Made by a program: the position numbers and the translations under genes | The notes under the pieces: generated by a model | What the model was told of the DNA's origin: nothing | Seen by the model: the letters and a program-made list of their open reading frames with translations, nothing else | Database searches by the model: none | NCBI GenBank assembly: GCA_965223265.1 | Contig: OZ244999.1 | Location: forward strand, 2,880,001 to 2,944,000 | Source: Planctomycetota bacterium | Lineage (GTDB): Bacteria > Planctomycetota > UBA8108 > SXIK01 | Direction: 5' to 3' | Length of the DNA: 64,000 nt | Shown here: positions 45,228-58,303 of the stretch, in pieces | Position numbering within the stretch: position 1 is the stretch's first letter | Layout of the letters: each line of letters begins with the position of its first letter

Positions 45228-47129
45228 CTACTCGAGGACTTCTTGGAGCTCTGCAGCGAAATCACTTTCGTTGCCGAACTCGTCATACGCGGTCACCGAG
45301 AGGAAGTAGGTTCCAGCCGGTAGATCGTCGAGAGTGGCCTCGTTGACATTGCCGACGTCGGTGACATGCGAATAATCACCCGGCGCTTGCCCGTCGTAGA
45401 CCTTGAATCCTGCCAAGTCAGACAGTGGCAATCCGTTGTTGTCGGTTTCGGGTGGATCCCATTGCAAGCGAATCGAGCGGACGACCGGCAGACTTGCGGA
45501 GGCGATAGCGGAGAATCCAGACTCGTTTCCCGTCTCATCGATGGCGGTCACAGCGTACTGGTACTCGATACCCGCTTCGGCTGTTTTATCGCTGTGGCTT
45601 GTGGTCTCCAGTCCACTCGCCAGGAGATCGAAACTGGCTCCCGTGGAGCGGTAGATCGAGTAGGACGACCAGTCGGCTGCGGAGCTCTCATTCCAGGAGA
45701 TTTGGATGGAACCACCAACGATGCTGGCAGTGACTCCGTCGGGAGCCGGCGGCGGTTGGCTGTCAGGCAGCATGGCCGCGGCTTCGTTCGAGTGTCCAGA
45801 GGAGTTTCCGGAGGCGTCGACGGCAATCACCACGTAGAAATGAGTCACGCCTACCGCCGCGTCGCCGTCGGTATGGTTCGTCGTTTTGACGTCGCTGGCC
45901 AGTACGGAGAAGCCACTGCCCGAAGTGAGGGAGCGCAGTATCTTGTAGCTCGCAACGTCCTCGGCGGTGCTCGCCTGCCAAGAAAGCGTGATCCTACCAT
46001 CCCCCGTCGAGGCGACCAGCCCAGTGGGGGCGACCGGCGGTTCGGTGTCGATGACCGTAGCCGAAACAGCTGTTGACGGCGGCGAACGGTTGGACGACAC
46101 GTCGATGGCAACGACCGTGTAATAGTACGTCGTACCACTCAATACGTCTTTGTCGTGATACGTGTTCGTCGTTTGCGCCGAGATGACATGGTATCCAATC
46201 TCTGGGTTCACGGAGCGAAGTAGTTCGTAGCTCGTCACGTCGCTCTCTGAGCTCCGCTGCCATGAGAGCACGACCTCGCTACTACCAGCGTCGGCAGTCA
46301 GACCCGACGGGGCAGACGGGGCATCCAGGTCGAGCGGTTGAGCGGAGACCTCCAATGAGCGGCTGGATTCGTTGCCCGTCAGATCGCTCGCTGTAATGAC
46401 ATAGAAGTAGGTGGTACCGTTCTCGACCTTGTCGTCGACCAGCCCTGGCGTTGACAGATTTGCCGCGATCGCGCTGAACGATGAACCAGATTGCGACGAG
46501 CGGTAGACGGTGTAACCGGCGAGGTCGGATTCGCCGTTGCGATTCCAGGCAAGTTCGACGGCGGAGTTCTTGCCAATAGCAACGGCACCGGTCGGCGCCG
46601 CTGGCGCGGTTGTGTCCGGCTCCGGCTCCGGCTCTGGCTCAGGCTCCGGCTCAGGCTCCGGTTCCGGCTCAGGTGTGTCCACCCGCTCGAAACGTACGGC
46701 GTCTGCACAAGTTCGGTGCGATCGGCGCGCCGAGAGGATGACCCGCGAATCTGAGTCCAGGTCGAATTCACCGAGGAGGTTCCAGGTGTCGCCGTTGCGT
46801 CGTTGGTTGAGCCGGAAGTCGTGGATCGCACCGGCCGTACCATAGATGACAACGGGCACTCGGTGGGACAAGCCGCTGACGGACGTCCACCGCATTTCAA
46901 CGCGGTATTTTCCAGGCTCGAGCTGCGGCGCGAAAGTGAACTTGCCGCTATTCCCATACGCAGCGTCGCCGCCGTAGGGGGAGCCCTCAGACGAAATCTC
47001 CCACGCCGACGACGATGCTGACGCGTCGGGCGAATTGTTATCGATGACGGTGACTTGAGACTGCACCCCTGTAGTGAGGGCGGTCGAGACCGCAGCCACC
47101 AGCAGAATTGTGCGCCGAAAGCTGTTCAT
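45228..47129 (-). CDS. Exported fibronectin type III repeat protein with an N-terminal golvesin/CBM-like domain
   Basis: Signal peptide; VIDN...WNLLGEF...CADAVRF; four FN3 repeats (YYYTVVAID...GNES) plus terminal LQWDPP...DLAGFKVY domain. Confidence 0.88.
   Translation of the reverse strand: MNSFRRTILLVAAVSTALTTGVQSQVTVIDNNSPDASASSSAWEISSEGSPYGGDAAYGNSGKFTFAPQLEPGKYRVEMRWTSVSGLSHRVPVVIYGTAGAIHDFRLNQRRNGDTWNLLGEFDLDSDSRVILSARRSHRTCADAVRFERVDTPEPEPEPEPEPEPEPEPEPDTTAPAAPTGAVAIGKNSAVELAWNRNGESDLAGYTVYRSSQSGSSFSAIAANLSTPGLVDDKVENGTTYFYVITASDLTGNESSRSLEVSAQPLDLDAPSAPSGLTADAGSSEVVLSWQRSSESDVTSYELLRSVNPEIGYHVISAQTTNTYHDKDVLSGTTYYYTVVAIDVSSNRSPPSTAVSATVIDTEPPVAPTGLVASTGDGRITLSWQASTAEDVASYKILRSLTSGSGFSVLASDVKTTNHTDGDAAVGVTHFYVVIAVDASGNSSGHSNEAAAMLPDSQPPPAPDGVTASIVGGSIQISWNESSAADWSSYSIYRSTGASFDLLASGLETTSHSDKTAEAGIEYQYAVTAIDETGNESGFSAIASASLPVVRSIRLQWDPPETDNNGLPLSDLAGFKVYDGQAPGDYSHVTDVGNVNEATLDDLPAGTYFLSVTAYDEFGNESDFAAELQEVLE
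46617..46673 (-). repeat. (Pro-Glu)n linker repeat inside the FN3 protein
   Basis: Degenerate CCGGAG/CCTGAG hexamers encoding PEPEPEPEPEPEPEPEPEP. Confidence 0.9.
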
Positions 47130-47244
47130 GACAAAACACCTTTGAACGAGTCAACCCTAGTCACGACGAAGCGAAGGATTCGTGGACTTCTCCTCGTCAC
47201 CTGCCCGGCCCGAACGCTTCGCGGCCGTTCACTCGAGCACCACT

Positions 47245-47261
47245 CGCGAGTCGTGTGCCAG
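47245..47261 (-). promoter_or_regulatory. Possible sigma-54 promoter of the FN3 gene
   Basis: Minus strand CTGGCACACGACTCGCG: TGGCAC with GG-N10-GC spacing, about 115 bp upstream of the ATG at 47129. Confidence 0.45.
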
Positions 47262-47504
47262 TGTTTGCGTCCCAGGCCTTAACCAACCCGCTTTGAAGGA
47301 ATTACACGCCGGTGCGCAGGTCATGCGGGCGCGAATTGGCACAGCCGTTTATTACACGCTGTGGAGCCTTTACTCGTCGCAGTAGGGGAATGTTCGCGAA
47401 CATCACACTACTCGATCATGTTCGGCGTCATTTAGGGGGTATTTAGGGAAGAGTTTGTGATCGCCCCCCCCACGCCCTGGACTCACGAACGGCCAACTCG
47501 AGGG

Positions 47505-48800
47505 TCAGATCACCATGCCCGCTGCGACGGTGGTGTTCGAGAAGGCGTCGACCAAGATGACGCTCCCCGTGAACCGGTTGCGTCGATAGGAGTCGACGAA
47601 GAGCGGGTTCGAGGTTCGAACCTGGATGCGGGCGATGTCGTTGAGCTCGATCGCTGGCTGATCCTCGATCTTGTGGAGCGTGTTGATGTTCATCTTGTAG
47701 CGCACTTCCTTGACGAGACACTTCATCTCTCGACTGGTGTGACGCAGCGTGTATTTCTTCCCGAGCTGCAGCTTATCTCTCTCGGAGAACCAGCACACCA
47801 TCAGTTCGAGATCCTGCGTGATCTTCGGATGATTGTTGGGCTTCGCAATGAGGTCGCCACGGCTGATGTCGAGTTCATCTTCCAGCGTCACGGCAACCGA
47901 CATCGGAGAGAACGCTTCATCGAGGTCGCCGTCGATTGTGTGAATGCCTTTGATGCGTGACGTAAATCCTGAGGGCAGGACAAGAATCTCGTCTCCCACC
48001 TTGAAGACTCCCCCGCAAACGCGACCCGCAAAGCCGCGGAAATCGTGGAATTCGTTCGATTGAGGTCGGATCACCCACTGGACGGGCAGGCGCGCATCGA
48101 CGTGATTGTATTCGTTCCCGATGTACACCGTCTCAAGAGTGTAGAGAAGAGTTGTTCCCTTGTACCACGGCATGTTGGTAGAAGGTTCAACGACATTGTC
48201 ACCGTGCAGCGCGCTGATGGGGATGAACTTGATGTCGGCGACGTCGAGGCGTGATGCGAAGTTTTTGAACTGCTGTACGATTTCATCAAAGACTTCTTCC
48301 CGGTAGTCGACAAGGTCCATTTTGTTCACGCAGACGACGATGTGCTGCAATCCGAGAAGTGAGGCGATGAACGAGTGGCGGCAAGTTTGTTCGACGACCC
48401 CTTTTCGCGCGTCGATCAGGATGATCGCCAAGTTAGCGGTTGACGCCCCGGTCACCATATTGCGTGTGTATTGAATGTGACCGGGAGTGTCCGCAATGAT
48501 GAATTTTCGTCGCGGCGTCGCGAAATAACGATACGCCACATCGATCGTGATGCCTTGCTCGCGTTCGGCACGTAGCCCATCTGTGAGAAGGGCCAAGTTA
48601 GTGTAGTCATCGCCGCGCTGCGCGCTCGACTGTTCAATGGCGTCGAGCTGATCCTCGAAGATGGCTTTGCTGTCGAAGAGTAATCGCCCGATCAGCGTGC
48701 TCTTTCCGTCGTCGACGCTGCCTGCTGTCGTGAAGCGCAGCAGGTCCATGTCGAGATAGCTTTGGGCGTCCTGTTGGTCGGTCACGGGTTTTTGGCTCAT
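47505..48800 (-). CDS. cysN: Sulfate adenylyltransferase subunit 1 (no fused APS kinase)
   Basis: LLRFTTAGSVDDGKSTLIGRLL, DGLRAEREQGITIDVAYRYF, DTPGHIQYTRNM, NKMD, TVAAGM. Confidence 0.96.
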   Translation of the reverse strand: MSQKPVTDQQDAQSYLDMDLLRFTTAGSVDDGKSTLIGRLLFDSKAIFEDQLDAIEQSSAQRGDDYTNLALLTDGLRAEREQGITIDVAYRYFATPRRKFIIADTPGHIQYTRNMVTGASTANLAIILIDARKGVVEQTCRHSFIASLLGLQHIVVCVNKMDLVDYREEVFDEIVQQFKNFASRLDVADIKFIPISALHGDNVVEPSTNMPWYKGTTLLYTLETVYIGNEYNHVDARLPVQWVIRPQSNEFHDFRGFAGRVCGGVFKVGDEILVLPSGFTSRIKGIHTIDGDLDEAFSPMSVAVTLEDELDISRGDLIAKPNNHPKITQDLELMVCWFSERDKLQLGKKYTLRHTSREMKCLVKEVRYKMNINTLHKIEDQPAIELNDIARIQVRTSNPLFVDSYRRNRFTGSVILVDAFSNTTVAAGMVI

Positions 48801-48896
48801 TGATGATCGATGCAAAACTGACAGAGACGCGCCGCATGAAGCAGTCGTGAGGCGCAAGGAAAGCCCAGTGGCGCCTCGACCTGCGTCCAGCTGATC

Positions 48897-49802
48897 CTAG
48901 AAATATCCTTCTTTCTTGCGGTCTTCCATCGCGGTTTCGGAACGCTTGTCGTCCGCCCGTCCACCGCGCTCTGTCACACGTGCTGCAGCTACTTCCTGGA
49001 TGATGTCTTCGAGCGTCGAAGCTGACGACTCTACCGCTCCGGTGCAAGTCATGTCGCCAACCGTGCGGAAGCGTACCACCCTCTCTTCGACGGTCTCAGA
49101 TCCCTTCACTTCGATAAATTCCGAGTCAGCCAGCAGTACGCCAGCTCGATTGACTACACGCCGTCGGTGCGAGAAGTAGATCTCGGGAATCTCTAAGCCT
49201 TCCAGCGCTATGTACTGCCAGACGTCCATCTCCGTCCAGTTGCTCAGCGGAAAGATCCGGAAGTGCTCGCCGACGTTTTTACAGGCGTTGAATAGGTTCC
49301 ACAGTTCGGGGCGCTGATTTTTCGGGTCCCACTGGCCGAATTCGTCTCGGTGGGAAAAGAAACGTTCTTTCGCGCGGGCCTTTTCTTCGTCACGTCGTGC
49401 GCCGCCAAGAGCTGCGTCGAACTGAAACTCCTCGACAGCGTCCAAAAGGGTCGTTGTTTGCAAACGATTTCGACTCGCGTTCGGTCCCTTTTCTTCGACG
49501 ACGCGACCCTTGTCGATCGAGTCCTGTACGGTTCGAACGATCAGATTGGCTCCAAGCGATTCGGTGAGGCGATCGCGAAAGTCGAGCGTTTCCGGGAAAT
49601 TGTGCCCGGTGTCGATATGCAGAAGCGGAAACGGCAGTTTTGCGGGGTGGAACGCTTTTTGTGCCAATCGCACCATCACGATCGAGTCTTTGCCGCCGGA
49701 GAACATGAGCGCCGGTCGCTCAGTCATCGCTGCCGTCTCGCGAAGGACGAAGATCGCTTCCGACTCGAGGTGCTTCAAGTGGGTCAGGTGGTACGCAGGC
49801 AT
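48897..49802 (-). CDS. cysD: Sulfate adenylyltransferase subunit 2
   Basis: LESEAIFVLRE, FSGGKDS, GGARRDEEKARAKER, WDPKNQRPELW, MEDRKKEGYF. Confidence 0.97.
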   Translation of the reverse strand: MPAYHLTHLKHLESEAIFVLRETAAMTERPALMFSGGKDSIVMVRLAQKAFHPAKLPFPLLHIDTGHNFPETLDFRDRLTESLGANLIVRTVQDSIDKGRVVEEKGPNASRNRLQTTTLLDAVEEFQFDAALGGARRDEEKARAKERFFSHRDEFGQWDPKNQRPELWNLFNACKNVGEHFRIFPLSNWTEMDVWQYIALEGLEIPEIYFSHRRRVVNRAGVLLADSEFIEVKGSETVEERVVRFRTVGDMTCTGAVESSASTLEDIIQEVAAARVTERGGRADDKRSETAMEDRKKEGYF

Positions 49803-49806
49803 GACG

Positions 49807-50436
49807 CTATACAGGTTTTCGTGGTGAGATTTGCGGGAGGATAAAACTTTGGAGCTGCGTCATGCTTGACTCGACACTTGCTTCGTTGGTACTGACGACG
49901 AGCTCGGGCGCTTCTCCAGGCTCGAATCCCGAGTCTTTGCCGGTGAAGTCTTTGAGTCCGCCTTGACTTGCTTTCGCGTAGAGGCCTTTGACGTCTCGCT
50001 GTGCGCACGTCTCAAAAGGACAGTCGACGAAGATCTCGATGAAAGAGGATCCAATGATCGCCCGAGCTTGAGCGCGCATCGATTTCTTCGGCGTAATGCA
50101 AGCGACGAGAGTGACGATTCCAGCGTCGCAAAACAGCTTCGCTACTTCCGCGACACGGCGGATGTTTTCGGTCCGCTCTGCGTCCGAAAAGCCAAGATCA
50201 CTGTTGAGACCTGTGCGCACGTTGTCGCCGTCGAGAAGAGCCGTATGGAAATCCCGTTGGTGGAGTTCGTGCTCGAGCCTCGTCGCGAGGGTGCTCTTAC
50301 CAGAACCCGACAGACCGTAGAACCACAAAACCTTGCCGCACTGGTGGAAACGTTCCTCTTTGCTCCTGCGCGAGACGGCAGCGCTGGTCACTGGGAAGAG
50401 ATTCGCCGTCTTTGGTCGGCGCTTGGTCTCGCTCAT
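49807..50436 (-). CDS. cysC: Adenylyl-sulfate kinase
   Basis: GLSGSGKST, LDGDNVRTGLNSDLGFS, ENIRRVAEVAKL, RDVKGLY. Confidence 0.95.
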   Translation of the reverse strand: MSETKRRPKTANLFPVTSAAVSRRSKEERFHQCGKVLWFYGLSGSGKSTLATRLEHELHQRDFHTALLDGDNVRTGLNSDLGFSDAERTENIRRVAEVAKLFCDAGIVTLVACITPKKSMRAQARAIIGSSFIEIFVDCPFETCAQRDVKGLYAKASQGGLKDFTGKDSGFEPGEAPELVVSTNEASVESSMTQLQSFILPQISPRKPV

Positions 50437-50650
50437 TGCTTCAATCCTGGATGGGCTCCGTCGCAGCAGAATCATGCATTAACGCACGTAAAGGCTTTGA
50501 AGTCAACGCCTTAGAGGTCTTTCTCAGGTGCTCCTTAAGTCGTTCAACCCGGGCGTGATAGGTTTTTAGCTCTGGCGCTGTCGAGGTATACTCCTAGGCT
50601 TCTCAAAAGTTAGCATAGACCTGAACAACACCCCCCGCAGAGAGCTGCCG

Positions 50651-54331
<3,681 letters not shown>

Positions 54332-54573
54332 ACGTCGAGGCGTGCGTCAGGCTGTCACGAAGACTCACGCGTCGAGCTGCAGGTGCCCAGGCGACCTAGC
54401 GAACCTCAACGCCTCCAAAGGGAATGGTTGAGGTTGAAAGACGAAGAGCGATCGATCGCGGCGTTTGGATACGCCGCGGTACACGGAGCGTACTTCGCTG
54501 TAGGTGAGCGTTGCCGACGCGGTTCGACCGTCGTTCCCGATGCGCTATCGCCGAGCTCAGTCGTTTGCCGCTG

Positions 54574-56859
54574 CTATCTTTCGCAGGCGTCGGCGGCAAA
54601 GTCTGAGAACGAATCTTCTGCTAGGAGCTGCTCCATCGCCTCAGCCGGCTGAGGAGGCGAAAACAGGTATCCCTGTCCGTACTCACAGTTCAGCGACTTG
54701 AGGGTGTGAAACTGATCTTCGCTCTCGATGCCTTCGGCGATGACCCGCATCCCGAGGTTGTGGGCCATCGAGACGATCGTCTTGACGATTTCGTAGTTCT
54801 TGTCCCGTCCAAGCATGCTGCCGACGAAGCTGCGGTCGATCTTCAGGGCACTCATGGGCAATTCGCTGAGATAGGCGAGAGACGAGTAACCCGTGCCGAA
54901 GTCGTCGATTTGCAACCCCACACCAAGGGCGCGAAGTTCGTTCAGCAGTGGGATGCTCGAGGCCCGATTCGTCATGATCAGGCTTTCCGTGATCTCGATG
55001 TGCAGCAGTTTCGGATCCAGTCCGACTTTCTTCACGATGTGTTCAACCCGTGACGGGAGATCCGCATGCGAAAACTGCCGACCTGAGAAATTCACGCTAA
55101 CTGTCAAGGGACGCGGAAGAATCGATTGCCATCGCACCACTTGCGCAGCGGCGGTTTCGAGAACGTATCGATCGATTGGGATGATCAATCCTGTCTCTTC
55201 GGCGAGAGGGATGAACTCGTTGGGCGGGATCAGTCCCTTCGTTCCATGTGACCAGCGGACCAAAGCTTCCACTCCGCTCACCGTCCCGGTGGGAAGGTGG
55301 ATGATCGGTTGGTAATGGATGACCAGCTCGTTTTTCCTGATGGCTCGATGTAGATCCGCCTCAAGGTCCATCTTTTTTCGCATTCGTGCGTGCTGCTCGT
55401 GGTCGAAGACGTGGTGCTTCACGTCTGCGTCCGATTTGGCGCGGTGCATCGCGGCTTCGGCATCACGCATCAGATCTTCACTGTTCGTGTACTCGTCCCT
55501 ACTGAGTGCGATCCCGATCGTCGTCGTGGCGTAGATGTCTTGTGAGTGAATCTTGAACGGCTGTTCGACTTCCTCTTGGATGCGCAGGACTGTGCGCATG
55601 GCTTCGTTTTCGGTCTCGATGTCTTCGAGTAGGATCGCGAATTCATCGTCCCCGAGACGGGCGACGCAGTCCCCCTCTCGGAGTGAGTCCTCTAGTCGAG
55701 CTCCGATCGCGGACAGAAGTTTGTCGCCGATGGCGTGGCCGAACGTGTCGTTGACGACGCTAAAGCGGTCGACATCGATCACGGCAACGGCGATTCTTCG
55801 CTCGGGATGCCGCTTGTAGCGATGAATAGCGCGTCGAACGTAATCGTAGAAGAGGAACCGATTCGCCAAACGGGTCAACGGATCATAGAAGTTCGAATCG
55901 ACCGTCGCTCGCAGGAGAGCTTCGTCGAGCTGCTTGCCCGCTTCGACGACTTTGATGGCGATGCACGCGAAATCTTTGCCCGCGAGTCGAAAGCGACGGA
56001 TCCCGGCTTCGACCGCGAAAGGCCAGCCCTTCTTGGGTTTGCAGTTCGTTTCAGATACGAAGCTGTCGACGTCTTGGAGATCGTGCCATAGACCGACCCA
56101 TTCTTGGCGAGAAAGGTTGTCCAGGATGTCCCACGTCTTGACTCGGGCTAACTCCGAATCGAGATAGTTCAGGAGTTTGCAGGCGCGGTCGTTCACGTGA
56201 ACGATGTCGCCGTCGTGGGTGGCGATGAGAACCGGATCTGTGAATGCGCAAAGACCTTGGTGCAGAAATGCGGCCGACAGGTCTGTCTCGAAGTCCGTGC
56301 TCTTTATGACCATCAGCGCCGCTGTAATCGCTTCAGAGTCTGAGCGGATCGGCAGCGCCTTGACGACGACGCGAAGCATGCGCTTTTTTCCGGGTTGGCG
56401 AAGGAAAAACTCAGCAGGGCCGAACGACGTGCCTTCGAAAGCACGCGATAGGGGATTGTTTCCCGCGCGTATCGGGCGTCCGGTGGAAGGATCGATCAAA
56501 ACCAGATGGGTTGCCCATGTGAGGGCGTCCTGTTGCGGGGGCGTTGAGCTCAGGATTTCTTCTGCTGCAGTATTGACGAATAACAGGTCCCCGGATCGAT
56601 CCACGATGAGGATCCCTTCGTCCACTGCGTCGAACGCAGCGGTGACGATTGCCGGTGAGATTTCGAGATCGATGGCGGTGGACACTTGAACTCCTGAGCC
56701 CGCGACATTCCCTACGTCGCCCAGAATTTGGCTGCGAAGGGTTTCCTCCCAATCCAATCGCGATCCTCCGAGAGAAGTTTTGGTAGTCGATCCAAACTGC
56801 TGCTCGACGGAGCCATGATCGCAACCACTCGGAGGAATTTCGGCCACCATGGTCGCCAT
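54574..56859 (-). CDS. PAS-PAS-GGDEF-EAL c-di-GMP metabolising protein
   Basis: Two PAS-like regions; YDPLTRLANR, RLGDDEF, VEALVRW, IEITES, IDDFGTGYSSL, LKIDRSF, IAEGIE, GQGYLFS. Confidence 0.93.
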   Translation of the reverse strand: MATMVAEIPPSGCDHGSVEQQFGSTTKTSLGGSRLDWEETLRSQILGDVGNVAGSGVQVSTAIDLEISPAIVTAAFDAVDEGILIVDRSGDLLFVNTAAEEILSSTPPQQDALTWATHLVLIDPSTGRPIRAGNNPLSRAFEGTSFGPAEFFLRQPGKKRMLRVVVKALPIRSDSEAITAALMVIKSTDFETDLSAAFLHQGLCAFTDPVLIATHDGDIVHVNDRACKLLNYLDSELARVKTWDILDNLSRQEWVGLWHDLQDVDSFVSETNCKPKKGWPFAVEAGIRRFRLAGKDFACIAIKVVEAGKQLDEALLRATVDSNFYDPLTRLANRFLFYDYVRRAIHRYKRHPERRIAVAVIDVDRFSVVNDTFGHAIGDKLLSAIGARLEDSLREGDCVARLGDDEFAILLEDIETENEAMRTVLRIQEEVEQPFKIHSQDIYATTTIGIALSRDEYTNSEDLMRDAEAAMHRAKSDADVKHHVFDHEQHARMRKKMDLEADLHRAIRKNELVIHYQPIIHLPTGTVSGVEALVRWSHGTKGLIPPNEFIPLAEETGLIIPIDRYVLETAAAQVVRWQSILPRPLTVSVNFSGRQFSHADLPSRVEHIVKKVGLDPKLLHIEITESLIMTNRASSIPLLNELRALGVGLQIDDFGTGYSSLAYLSELPMSALKIDRSFVGSMLGRDKNYEIVKTIVSMAHNLGMRVIAEGIESEDQFHTLKSLNCEYGQGYLFSPPQPAEAMEQLLAEDSFSDFAADACER

Positions 56860-57232
56860 GATCCGTGCCGCTCGCGGGGTCCACGCCCCCTCGATGCCGC
56901 TTCGAACCGAAGGGCCTCCGCCGATGGGTTGAGACGTTCCTTTCGACCTTCATCGACTAGCGAAACGCTTTCGAGTACTTGGAGCGTTTGCGTGCTCACC
57001 ATTGATCGACCAAAACTGAGTCGAAGGTGAATCGACTAGTTCGAGTAGAAGGCCGGTAAAGGTGGCAGGGTCGGTCTCGACGGGTCGGTGTGAAGGTCGA
57101 CGCGTCGTATGCCCGGCTGCAGCTCGACTTGAGGGCTTGCTACATCGCTGCCTAACGGCACGTAAGGCACACCGGCCGCGCGGAGAGGAGCCGCCCCTCT
57201 CCTTGGTCTGCGACGTTCGAGTTTCCCGGTCG

Positions 57233-58078
57233 CTATTTCGGTGCCGAGAGAGAGAAATCGAGTCGCGCCGTTTTTCCGGCCTCGATCTTGAGCTTTTTCT
57301 GGACCACCTTGCCCTTGATCGGAGCTAATCTCTCGTGCCACGCACGAATATCGTATTCGCCGGGTGGCACGTTGACGATCTTGAACCGCCCTTCGACTCC
57401 GGAGACGTCGAAGAGTTCGTGTGGGAACACCTGCACGTGCGCTGACATCCAGGGATGAAAGTCACACTTGAGCATGAACCAGCCAGGTCGGCGCAGTCGT
57501 CTTCGAGGGATTTCGCCACCGACTGGTACGACGAGGTTGAAGTTGTCGAGGAAGAGCCCTCGGGAGTTGTGAAGGAACGAATCGTTGTTGGTGATTCTGA
57601 GCGTGCTGCCAGCTGTCGTCGCCTGCACGTGCGGGACGAAGGAGCAGTTCTTGTTGTCGATGACGATTTTGCGCTTCTTTGGCCGCTGTGCTGGCTTGTA
57701 GCCGTCGACTGAGACGACGACGTTGGCGACCTCTCGTCCTTCACCCAAGATCAAAATCTCTGACCGGACGTGCTTCGCACAGGCGGAGTGATCTTTGTTT
57801 GTCTTCGGAACTTCGATGGGCGCGATCTCGGGTGGGTCACCTTGTAGTAGAATCGAGCCTTCGATGGCTCCCAACGAAGGATCCTGTTCCGGGTAGGTTT
57901 TCTTAGGGGGCGCCTGTTCGGTTTTTCCGGCCTTCGGAGCTGTCTCTTTCGGCTTGCTGTCTGCCGCCGCGGCTTTTGTCTCGGGTGACGTCGACGTCTC
58001 GTCGGCTTGAACGAGTAGGATTGAGACGAAGCAAGCGATGGCCAGGGCAGCCGTCGAGATGACGCCGATTCTGCTCAT
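57233..58078 (-). CDS. Exported carboxypeptidase-regulatory-like / cupredoxin-like protein
   Basis: Signal peptide; IDNKNCSFVPHV, NNDSFLHNS, LKCDFHPWMSA, VPPGEYDIRAWHERL. Confidence 0.82.
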   Translation of the reverse strand: MSRIGVISTAALAIACFVSILLVQADETSTSPETKAAAADSKPKETAPKAGKTEQAPPKKTYPEQDPSLGAIEGSILLQGDPPEIAPIEVPKTNKDHSACAKHVRSEILILGEGREVANVVVSVDGYKPAQRPKKRKIVIDNKNCSFVPHVQATTAGSTLRITNNDSFLHNSRGLFLDNFNLVVPVGGEIPRRRLRRPGWFMLKCDFHPWMSAHVQVFPHELFDVSGVEGRFKIVNVPPGEYDIRAWHERLAPIKGKVVQKKLKIEAGKTARLDFSLSAPK

Positions 58079-58303
58079 AGGTCGTTCCTTGTCCTTATTA
58101 CGTGTGGCTCGGCTCAATTCAACCTCGTGTCGGATGGGACAATCGTGAGACGCTGGCTGAGCTGATTTCATTCAAAATCACATGGTGTTTGCGGGTCTCT
58201 AACGACCGATCGCGCGGTCTGTCGGTGGCAGCGTGGAAGGAAGCATTCTACAAGCAATACGCCGGCGATTGAAGAGGGGCGTTCCTTGGACGCCGTAGAG
58301 TCG

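Noticed and set aside
50476-50650. Possible SAM, cobalamin or glycine riboswitch upstream of metH
   Set aside because: No conserved cores are recognisable; an isolated TCTCAGG is insufficient.
57138-57153. Minus-strand AGGCAGCGATGTAGCA with GG-N10-GC spacing upstream of the EAL gene
   Set aside because: Both boxes deviate from consensus, and this spacing arises often by chance at this GC content.
58228-58248. GGAAGGAAGCA resembling SRP RNA domain IV
   Set aside because: The upstream CAGG-NCC half and the enclosing stem are absent.
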